From Candidatus Nanohaloarchaea archaeon (GTDB taxonomy: Archaea; Nanohalarchaeota; Nanosalinia; Nanosalinales; Nanosalinaceae), in the NCBI GenBank assembly GCA_042217695.1, contig JBDGSE010000037.1:1-11754 (forward strand): 11,754 nucleotides of DNA, read 5' to 3'. A program made the translations under genes and the position numbers. The first letter of the stretch is position 1, and every line of letters starts with the position of its first letter. Under the pieces are notes generated by a model. The model saw only the letters and a program-made list of their open reading frames with translations, was not told where the DNA came from and did not search any database. Shown one piece after another: positions 1 through 6,629 of this stretch.

Positions 1-35
1 AGGTTCACTTGTTACGCACTAAACGGTTAGTAGGA

Positions 36-55
36 TGCGAGGGCGAGGATTCGAA
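36..55 (-). repeat. 20-bp exact duplicate of the tRNA-Leu 3' end
   Basis: tgcgagggcgaggattcgaa at 36-55 is identical to 105-124. Confidence 0.95.
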
Positions 56-104
56 TGCGAAGCTGGCGCTTCTATGTTCGAATCCGGAGTAAAGCAAACC
101 TGTT

Positions 105-187
105 TGCGAGGGCGAGGATTCGAACCCCGGAACCTCTACAGGACAGCGCCCTCAACGCTGCGCCTTTGACCACTTGGCTACCCTCGC
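105..187 (-). tRNA. tRNA-Leu (anticodon GAG), CCA not encoded
   Basis: Reverse complement GCGAGGG TA GCC AAGTGGTCAAA GGC G CAGCG TTGAGGG CGCTG (long variable arm) CGGGG TTCGAAT CCTCG CCCTCGC A folds into a complete class II cloverleaf. Anticodon GAG is at 153-151. Confidence 0.95.
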
Positions 188-340
188 GAACTTCTGAAAG
201 TTCGATCATCACAAGGCATGCCGCGCATGCCTTTCAGGACCTGCCTATTGTTTTTGGAGGGTTGGCAAGCCGCTCTTGGCTACCCTCGCAATTGGTTACG
301 CTCAATTGATACGCAACAAGCCATGCTAGGCATGGCTTTC
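173..340. repeat. Degenerate tandem repeat (~102-105 bp period): tRNA 5' fragment + hairpin A + hairpin B
   Basis: Hairpin A: CGAACTT-ctga-AAGTTCG (187-204) and CAATTG-8nt-CAATTG (289-308). Hairpin B: AAGGCATGC-cgc-GCATGCCTT (213-233) and AAGCCATGC-tag-GCATGGCTT (318-338), both in an AC...TC context. Confidence 0.8.
275..289 (-). repeat. 15-bp exact duplicate of the tRNA-Leu 5' end
   Basis: cttggctaccctcgc at 275-289 is identical to 173-187. Confidence 0.9.
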
Positions 341-370
341 GAACTGAAGCTATAGAAGGTGTTCGTGAGC

Positions 371-426
371 TATTTTTTTAACTGGTTTGTTCCCTGCTCC
401 CGCAAGAAAAAACATACTTAAATTCT
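371..426. promoter_or_regulatory. Probable divergent archaeal promoters (tRNA-Leu leftward, ECF operon rightward)
   Basis: Minus-strand TTAAAAAAATA at 381-371. Plus-strand A-rich BRE-like tract followed by CTTAAAT at 417-423, about 30 nt before ATG 450. Confidence 0.5.
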
Positions 427-449
427 GTAGAGGTTAAACTCCGACACCG

Positions 450-1010
450 ATGGGAGGGGCCGCAGACGTTTTACCGGGCAGTTCGCCCGATTTGAAGGAT
501 GTTTCTGATTCTGTTGGATCCACTCTTACGAGACGTCTGGCGGCGACCGCCGCGCTCACCGCTACCGGCATCGCGGGACGCGTACTTTTACAACACTCTC
601 CCAGCGTGGAGCCCATCGTGGCTATAGCGGTGGGAATCGGATTCATTCATGACTGGAGGCACGGTGCATCCTCGGGAGCATCAGGTTTCTTCCTCTCCAA
701 CTTTCTCGTGTGGGGTGGACAGGGCCCGTGGACCGTCTTCCAGGTAATCGGTGCGGGAGCCGCGGGCGCCACGGGAGGCCTGTTCTCGAGGTTCTCTTCT
801 TCGAGAACCATGTTTTTCGCTTCGCTGGTCGCAGCGACCGTGCTCTACGAGTTTTCGGTGAACCTCGGTTCGCTGGTATACGGCATGGGGGCTTTAAACC
901 CGGCTTTCCTGGCAGCGGCGGTTCCCTTCGGCCTGATACATCTTACAAGTTCGATAAGCTTTGGTGCAATGATCTATGGATTTAAAGAACGGATTGGCAG
1001 GCTTTACTGA
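450..1010 (+). CDS. ECF transporter S component, probably cobalamin-specific (CbrT-like)
   Basis: About 6 hydrophobic helices, with GRVLLQHSPSVEP, SNF...GQGPWTVFQ and PFGLIH motifs typical of CbrT-like S components. Adjacent to a DUF4430 gene. Start is ATG 450 or TTG 492. Confidence 0.8.
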   Translation: MGGAADVLPGSSPDLKDVSDSVGSTLTRRLAATAALTATGIAGRVLLQHSPSVEPIVAIAVGIGFIHDWRHGASSGASGFFLSNFLVWGGQGPWTVFQVIGAGAAGATGGLFSRFSSSRTMFFASLVAATVLYEFSVNLGSLVYGMGALNPAFLAAAVPFGLIHLTSSISFGAMIYGFKERIGRLY

Positions 1011-1410
1011 ATCAGTGGAAACCGAGTACGTTGCGCTTGGAGTCGGATTACTCGCTGTGCTGCTCCTGGCGATGCAGCTACAGCCCTCCGTGAAGGGGGG
1101 AGAACAGATCTCGATCTCGCTGAAGGTCGACTTCGGCGAAAGGGTGGAGACCCGGAGCCTGACACTCTCCAACAACACAACCGCCTTCGAGGCGGTGAAC
1201 GGGAGCTTCGACGTGGAGTACAGGGAGTACGACATGGGCTACTTCATAACCTCGATAGGGAACGTCAGTATGGATTCGAACCATTCCTGGCTCTATTTCG
1301 TGAACTCGGAACCGGCGAAGAGGGCCGTCAACAGGTACCTCCTGGAGGACAACGACAACCTTACTTTCCGGTACCTCGAGAACTCGAAGGCGTCGAAATA
1401 CTTCGACTGA
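976..1410 (+). CDS. Membrane-anchored DUF4430 (transcobalamin-like C-terminal domain) protein, putative corrinoid-binding
   Basis: N-terminal TM anchor followed by TAFEA...GYFITSIGN...WLYFVN...Y.L...D.L.F.Y, the DUF4430 signature. Overlaps the ECF gene by 35 bp. Confidence 0.85.
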   Translation: MDLKNGLAGFTESVETEYVALGVGLLAVLLLAMQLQPSVKGGEQISISLKVDFGERVETRSLTLSNNTTAFEAVNGSFDVEYREYDMGYFITSIGNVSMDSNHSWLYFVNSEPAKRAVNRYLLEDNDNLTFRYLENSKASKYFD

Positions 1411-1419
1411 GGTTTCAGC

Positions 1420-1426
1420 TATAAAA
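1420..1426 (+). promoter_or_regulatory. TATA box for leaderless lipoate ligase gene
   Basis: TATAAAA lies 24-30 nt upstream of ATG 1450. Confidence 0.6.
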
Positions 1427-1449
1427 CTTTCAAAGAGTATGGAGTGTTT

Positions 1450-2469
1450 ATGAGGAGCGAGGCTTCTGTCAAGGTTCCCAGCGGCAAAATGGTAAAAGCT
1501 GCGGTTGATGTCCGCGAGGACCAGCTGGAAAACGTTTCCATACGGGGCGACTTCTTTATAGAGCCCCCTGAGGCGCTTGAGGAACTGGAAGAGGCGTTGA
1601 CCGGTCTTGACGTCGATGCCGAGAGGGCAGAGTACCTCGCGACCGTGGACGAGGTGGAGGGAAAGATGATAGGGTTCTCCGCCGAACACGTCTACGAGGC
1701 CATACAGGAGGCGGTAAAACAGACCCGTTGGAGGATAATAGATGCGGGGATACACTCCGAGGCGATGCACCACGCGCTTGACGAGGTTCTGCTTGAAAAG
1801 ATGGAAGAGGGAGATATGAGGCCGACCCTGCGTTTCTGGCACAGGAAGAACCCGGCGATACCTTTCGGCAGGTTCCAGTCCTACGAGGATGAGGTCCAGC
1901 AGGAATACGTTGAAGACAACGGTATAGAGGTCGTGAGGCGGATAACCGGTGGCGGGGCGATGTACTCGGAACCCGGAGACATAATAACGTATTCGATGTA
2001 CCTCCCTAAGGAGATGGTCCCCGAGGATGTCGAGGAAAGCTACGAAGAGCTGGACCGGTGGGCTGTAGAGGCGTTGAACGACCTGGGTGTAGAGGTGGAG
2101 TACCAGCCGCTGAACGATATCGAACACGAGGATGGAAAAATCGGTGGCGCCGCCCAGCTGAGGAAGCAGGGCTCGGTCCTGCATCACACCATGATAAGCT
2201 ACGATCTGGACACGGAGAACATGCTGAAAGCGTTGAGGGTCGGCAAGGAGAAGGTCTCCGACAAAGCCATAGAATCCGCGGAGAAACGTGTGGCGGTGAT
2301 AAGCGACTACATCGACCGTTCACGGGACGAGGTGATTGAAGCGCTGAAGGAGAGGTTCCAGGAAAGGTATGGAGGCGACGAGGATATGCTTGACGAGGAA
2401 CTGCTCGAAAAAGCGGAGGAACTGGCGGAGGAAAAGTTCTCCACCGAGGAATGGAACCGGAAGCTCTGA
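1450..2469 (+). CDS. lplA: Lipoate-protein ligase with the accessory (LplB-like) domain N-terminal to the catalytic domain
   Basis: N-terminal KVPSGKMV...I.GDFFIEPPEALEELEEAL accessory domain. Catalytic motifs PTLRFW, VVRRITGGGAMY, ND...KIGGAAQ, LHH and WN at the C-terminus. ATG 1450 is preferred over GTG 1444 from TATA spacing. Confidence 0.92.
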   Translation: MRSEASVKVPSGKMVKAAVDVREDQLENVSIRGDFFIEPPEALEELEEALTGLDVDAERAEYLATVDEVEGKMIGFSAEHVYEAIQEAVKQTRWRIIDAGIHSEAMHHALDEVLLEKMEEGDMRPTLRFWHRKNPAIPFGRFQSYEDEVQQEYVEDNGIEVVRRITGGGAMYSEPGDIITYSMYLPKEMVPEDVEESYEELDRWAVEALNDLGVEVEYQPLNDIEHEDGKIGGAAQLRKQGSVLHHTMISYDLDTENMLKALRVGKEKVSDKAIESAEKRVAVISDYIDRSRDEVIEALKERFQERYGGDEDMLDEELLEKAEELAEEKFSTEEWNRKL

Positions 2470-2499
2470 GTTTTTAAGTCTTTGATACACGGAGTATCC

Positions 2500-2937
2500 G
2501 TGGTGTTAACAGGTCTGCTGGAGGAGGCTGAATGGCAGAGAGTCGAGAAGAACTCATTTGCCGTCTCCGATTCTGAAGTACTTGGGATAGACCATCTGGG
2601 CAGCTGTATCGGTGTAGGTATCTACGACCCCCAGGATTCGAGGACGGCGCTCCTGCACGCAGGTACAAGAGAGAACACGGAAATCGAGGAGATCCTGGAC
2701 GCTTTCCTGGAGGAAATCGACTTCGAGTGGCCCTACGAGGCCCTGGCCGGGGGAACCATATCATCAGATTACGACCCTCTGATAGAGGACGACGTATACG
2801 AACAGGCCCGGGAAACCGTGGGCGAGGCACTGGAGGAAAGCGGCTTCAGATACCAGACAGCATGGAACGACCGTCCTGTATACAACAGGATGGCTGTATC
2901 CCCAGAACACGGGATCCTCTACGACGAGACGCGTTAA
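2500..2937 (+). CDS. CheD-like Cys-His amidohydrolase/deamidase
   Basis: LGSCIGVGIYDP.....LLH matches the CheD LGSC...YDP...H catalytic motif, and a later LAGG motif is present. Start is uncertain (TTG 2482, GTG 2500 or GTG 2503). TTTAAG at 2473-2478 favours ~2500. Confidence 0.7.
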   Translation: MVLTGLLEEAEWQRVEKNSFAVSDSEVLGIDHLGSCIGVGIYDPQDSRTALLHAGTRENTEIEEILDAFLEEIDFEWPYEALAGGTISSDYDPLIEDDVYEQARETVGEALEESGFRYQTAWNDRPVYNRMAVSPEHGILYDETR

Positions 2938-3452
2938 TAGTCCGGGTTCTTCTCTTCCACATCTTCCAGAAAGTTCTCGTGGCGGGCCATTACAAAGAAA
3001 AGATCGCTCAGACGGTTGACGTAGGCCAGCACCTCTCCCCTCAACTCCTCCTCGCTGTCGAGCGCCACCACTGCTCTCTCTGTCCTCCGGGCCACTGAAC
3101 GCGCCAGGTCGAGGTAAGCCGCCGATTCAGCTCCTCCAGACAGAACAAAATCTCTTATTTCAGGGCTTTCATCTCTCATAGCGTCTATCCAGTCCTCAAG
3201 CAGGTCGATATTTTCCTGGCTTATCTCTTTTTTGTGGTCTCGGTCGGCCAGCTCCGCCTGGAGTATATGGAGGTCGTTCTGTATCTTTTCAAGTTTTTCC
3301 TCTTTTCTCTCTGCTTTTACAGCGGCGAGACCTGTCAGGGAGTTCAGTTCATCGATGTTGCCGATGGCCTCTATCCTGCGCGAATCTTTCGATACTCTTT
3401 CACCCGAGAAAAGGTCTGTCCTGCCCTCGTCCCCTCTCCTGGTGTATACCAT
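2934..3452 (-). CDS. pduO: PduO-type ATP:cob(I)alamin adenosyltransferase
   Basis: YTRRGDEG.T.L..GERVSKD..RIEA.G..DELNS, ARSVARRTER and YVNRLSDLFFVMAR signatures. Confidence 0.95.
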   Translation of the reverse strand: MVYTRRGDEGRTDLFSGERVSKDSRRIEAIGNIDELNSLTGLAAVKAERKEEKLEKIQNDLHILQAELADRDHKKEISQENIDLLEDWIDAMRDESPEIRDFVLSGGAESAAYLDLARSVARRTERAVVALDSEEELRGEVLAYVNRLSDLFFVMARHENFLEDVEEKNPDY

Positions 3453-3490
3453 ATGGATATACTTGTTTTACAGAGGTTAATAACTGGCGG

Positions 3491-4765
3491 TTATCTCTCG
3501 GTGAAGACGAATCCTGTCACCGTCTGGTTCTTGAACGTGGAGAACTCCTCGCCCTTGCCTCCTATCTCGCCGTAACCGTAGAAACCTGCGACCGGGCACT
3601 CGAGGTGGTCCCGGAGCATCCTGATCTCGCGTTCCCGTTCCTCCTCCGTCATTATCTGGTTCCTGTTGGTGCAGTCGGTCACGATGCCGAAAAGTGGTTT
3701 CTGCCCGGGTTCAACGTGGTCAAACGCGTCTCTTGCCGCCTCCACCACCCGGTCTCTTTCGGCCTCCACCACGTGGATGGACTGGGTCTCCTCTACCTCC
3801 GAGGTCATGACCAGTCCATTATCCCGTGTAACCTTCAGAGGTGTTACGATACGGTAGTTGCCTGGCGATATCTGCTCGGCCAGCGATTTCTCCAGAGAGT
3901 ACTGGAAAACCCTGTGGATGTTCAACGGCGACTCGCCACGGAGTTTCATACCTATATAGCGTCCGATGACCCTCAGTTTCCGGCCAAGCGGCAGGTCAAA
4001 CATCTTTTTGAGGTCGGAGACGTCTTTACCTATGACATCGGCGTAGAACTCTGCGGCAGGTCTGCCGTTTATCTCCTTTATGACCCGGCCGTCGGATTCG
4101 CTCACCATGCCGCTCTTCAGCGTCTCATCGAACCCGTGAGCCTGACCTCTCCTTATCGGGTAGTCGGATTCTATGGCTGTGAGCACCACTGCATCATCGT
4201 ATACCTCTCCGTTGAGGAACTGGTAGGTCCTCCTCATCTCTACGTTGTCTCCTGCGGAACCACCGGATACCGGTATATCGGCATTTATCTCGCCGGTTAT
4301 CCCCTTCAGGACCTCGAACTCCACTCCCTCCTGTCTCTGTGTTAACCCTGCCATCAGGGCAAAAAGTATCCTGTGGCGCTCCGAGTCAAGGTAGTCCTCG
4401 TCCACCACCTCTCTCGCGGCAGCCTCACCTGCCTCAACAGGCCGGGAGTAGACATTCCTCGAGACGGCCGTGGTAAACTCTATCTCAGGGGAACCTGCCA
4501 GCATCAGCACAGCCGAATCCGTGGTGGAGCCTTCGTCAGATATCTCGCCGGCCGTGGATGCACCGACCCATTCAGCATCCTCTTCCTCCATCCTCTCGTC
4601 GAGGCCGGAGGCTAGTCCTTCCAGGTCGAAACCGGGAGCTGCGAAGAGAAAACCGAAATCCACACGCGCCATGTCGCTATAGGCCTTCTTGAACAGTTCT
4701 TTACCGGCTTCACGGCCGTCAACGTCTTCCAGATGCACGACAGATTCTCCCGCTTCTACGCCCAT
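3491..4765 (-). CDS. Stand-alone FIST N+C domain protein (424 aa)
   Basis: VGASTAGEI, GGSAGD...TYQF, EING.PA..Y, C..R...E and GFYGYGEI...F.NQT motifs. Start moved to ATG 4765 (MGVEAG), which matches the paralog's MGLDVG start and avoids overlap with the divergent gene. Confidence 0.9.
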   Translation of the reverse strand: MGVEAGESVVHLEDVDGREAGKELFKKAYSDMARVDFGFLFAAPGFDLEGLASGLDERMEEEDAEWVGASTAGEISDEGSTTDSAVLMLAGSPEIEFTTAVSRNVYSRPVEAGEAAAREVVDEDYLDSERHRILFALMAGLTQRQEGVEFEVLKGITGEINADIPVSGGSAGDNVEMRRTYQFLNGEVYDDAVVLTAIESDYPIRRGQAHGFDETLKSGMVSESDGRVIKEINGRPAAEFYADVIGKDVSDLKKMFDLPLGRKLRVIGRYIGMKLRGESPLNIHRVFQYSLEKSLAEQISPGNYRIVTPLKVTRDNGLVMTSEVEETQSIHVVEAERDRVVEAARDAFDHVEPGQKPLFGIVTDCTNRNQIMTEEEREREIRMLRDHLECPVAGFYGYGEIGGKGEEFSTFKNQTVTGFVFTER

Positions 4766-4776
4766 ACCTGTTAATT

Positions 4777-4822
4777 CCCTGTCAGGGTTGATATTGGTTG
4801 TCCCGGGAAGACGTTTTATTTT
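4777..4822. promoter_or_regulatory. Divergent promoter region between the FIST gene and the citrate-cleavage operon
   Basis: TTTTATTT at ~4813-4820 lies about 30 nt before ATG 4847. Minus-strand AATATCAA at 4795-4788 lies before ATG 4765. CCCTG-t-CAGGG palindrome at 4777-4787. Confidence 0.45.
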
Positions 4823-4846
4823 TCGCGGCGAAAGCTGTAGTGTCGG

Positions 4847-5959
4847 ATGAAACTGTACGAGCACGAGGCGAAAGACATCCTCGAGGAACACGGTATCGAT
4901 GTGCCTGGCTCCGAGGGACCCGAGTTCGTGGTGAAGGCACAGGTGCTGGCGAAGAACCGTAAGGAACAGGGAGGGATAAGGTTCGCCTCCTCGCTGGAGG
5001 AAGCCAGGGAACTTGCGGGAGAGATGCCGGAAACGATCTCGGGGAGAGAGGTGGAGGACTTCCTCATCGAGGACCGCGTCGATTTCGAGAAAGAGTTCTA
5101 TGTATCTTTCCTCTACGACACGGACACCAGGAATCCCGTGATGCTTTTCTCTTCCTCTGGTGGATCGGGAATAGAGGACCGTGAAGTGAAAAAACTGGTG
5201 CTGGAGGACGGGATGCAGTGGCGTTTCCGCGACTTCCTTTCACGGCAGGAGATAGACGACATGATCGGGCTGGGCTCCACGCTGCAGAAACTGTTCCAGG
5301 CATTCCTTGAAGAGGATGCCAGGATGCTCGAGGTAAACCCGCTGGCAAAGACCCCGGAAGGCTACGTTGTGCTCGACGCGATGATGGACCTTGACGAGGA
5401 TGCGTCCTACCGGCATTCCCGCGACCTTCCCGAGCGGTCGGACCTGGGACGCGGTAAAACGGAGAGAGAACTGGAAGCCGAAAAGATCGACGAGGACGAC
5501 CACCGGGGCGTGGCGGGCAAGTACACCGAGCTCGACGGCGATATCGGGATGATGCTTGCCGGCGGGGGAGCCTCGCTGACCAATATGGACGCCCTGATAG
5601 AGTACGGGGGAGAACCCGCGAACTATACCGAGTACGGCGGCAACCCTCCGACCGAGAAGGTCTACCGCCTGTCGAAAGTTATAATGTCGAAACCCGGTCT
5701 GAAAGGGCTGTGGCACGTCGGCGGGACCGCGAACAACACCGACATACTGCGGACGATGAAGGGATTCGTCCAGGCTCTGGAAGAGGAAAGACCCGGGTAT
5801 CCGATAGTCGTGAGGCGGGATGGGCCGCACGCGGACGAGGCCTTCGAACTTCTACGTGAGACCCGGGACGAACTCGGGTTGAACATGAAACTTTTCCGGA
5901 ACGACACGCCGATGACGCAAACCGCAGAAGTACTGATGGAGATGGTGGAACAGCAATGA
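4847..5959 (+). CDS. Citryl-CoA synthetase large subunit / ATP-citrate lyase beta-like subunit (ATP-grasp + citrate-binding domain; SucC superfamily)
   Basis: MKLYEHEAK, VVKAQV, EFYVS and LEVNPL..LDA ATP-grasp motifs. C-terminal AGGGAS..MD, ANYTEYGGNP, GGTANNTD and IVVRRDGP match the ACL citrate-binding domain rather than SucC (NGAGL, ANFLDVGG, VVRL.G). Confidence 0.85.
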   Translation: MKLYEHEAKDILEEHGIDVPGSEGPEFVVKAQVLAKNRKEQGGIRFASSLEEARELAGEMPETISGREVEDFLIEDRVDFEKEFYVSFLYDTDTRNPVMLFSSSGGSGIEDREVKKLVLEDGMQWRFRDFLSRQEIDDMIGLGSTLQKLFQAFLEEDARMLEVNPLAKTPEGYVVLDAMMDLDEDASYRHSRDLPERSDLGRGKTERELEAEKIDEDDHRGVAGKYTELDGDIGMMLAGGGASLTNMDALIEYGGEPANYTEYGGNPPTEKVYRLSKVIMSKPGLKGLWHVGGTANNTDILRTMKGFVQALEEERPGYPIVVRRDGPHADEAFELLRETRDELGLNMKLFRNDTPMTQTAEVLMEMVEQQ

Positions 5960-6027
5960 GCAGTTTGCTTGAAGTAGAAGACGTGGAAATCTCAAAGGAT
6001 AATGGACCGGGAGGTCTCGAACGATGA
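5956..6027 (+). CDS. 23-codon mini-ORF MSSLLEVEDVEISKDNGPGGLER (possible gene remnant or coupling peptide)
   Basis: ATGA overlaps at both ends (5956-5959 and 6024-6027). GGTGG SD-like motif at 5944-5948. Confidence 0.45.
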   Translation: MSSLLEVEDVEISKDNGPGGLER

Positions 6028-6629
6028 ACATACCCGTATTCGACATCGGTGATACGTTGCTCCCGTCACGAAGGATGATAAACAGGAAGGTCCATGAACA
6101 CACGGGGACGGAAAAACATTTCCCCATAGAGGAGTACAACATCTACGTCCCGGAAGAAGTGCAGAACTGGCTGGACGAGAACGGTCTCGAGGGAAACGCG
6201 GAGGAGATAACCAGGAGCTACCTGGACTGGGAGCGCTCGTTCTTCCGCGGCAACAGCGTCGTGGAAACGCTGAAAAAATGCAACCAGGAGCTGGGCACTA
6301 TCGGCTTCATCAGCGACAACTCGATAGCCGCCAAGAAGTTCTACCGGGAGCTGTTCCAGGAGCTCGGTGTCGAGTACAGGGGTTTCGTGGTCTCCGAAGA
6401 GGTCGGAGTGAAAAAGCCCTCCAGGGAGATATTCGAGGCCTTCCTGGATAAGCGGGAGAGACCCGCGGAAAAGTTCGCCTATTTCGGAAACAACCCGGAG
6501 AGAGATTCTGGCGCGGAAAAAGTCGGGATGGACTTCGTCTGGGTCGACAGGTACGACGACTTCGGTTCAGAATGGAGCGGCAAAACCATACAGGAGTTCA
6601 GCTTTGAAAAGATACAGGAGGCGGTGTAG
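6024..6629 (+). CDS. HAD-superfamily hydrolase
   Basis: FDIGDTL (motif I), ISDN (II), SEEVGVKKP (III) and FGNNPERD.GA (IV variant). SD GGAGGT at 6010-6015. Confidence 0.88.
   Translation: MNIPVFDIGDTLLPSRRMINRKVHEHTGTEKHFPIEEYNIYVPEEVQNWLDENGLEGNAEEITRSYLDWERSFFRGNSVVETLKKCNQELGTIGFISDNSIAAKKFYRELFQELGVEYRGFVVSEEVGVKKPSREIFEAFLDKRERPAEKFAYFGNNPERDSGAEKVGMDFVWVDRYDDFGSEWSGKTIQEFSFEKIQEAV

Noticed and set aside
36..289. Intron-containing or split tRNA using the outer fragments as exons
   Set aside because: The inner gene is already complete, and I could not identify convincing bulge-helix-bulge motifs. Not formally excluded.
55..309. 84-aa ORF
   Set aside because: Antisense to tRNA-Leu and runs through the hairpin repeats. 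Composition is unlike the acidic proteome.
36..340. CRISPR array
   Set aside because: Only two copies of each repeat, derived from tRNA, with irregular spacing and no cas genes.
340..495. Canonical cobalamin riboswitch
   Set aside because: No recognisable B12-box or core motifs, and too little space after the putative TATA box.
1078..2187. 369-aa minus-strand ORF and other long shadow ORFs (3605..4345, 5240..5830, 9104..9616, 11230..11727)
   Set aside because: Antisense to well-supported genes, as expected from GC-rich codon bias. No recognisable motifs.
4766..4891. N-terminal 42-aa extension of the FIST ORF
   Set aside because: Overlaps the divergent gene and promoter region. The paralog starts at the equivalent MG.
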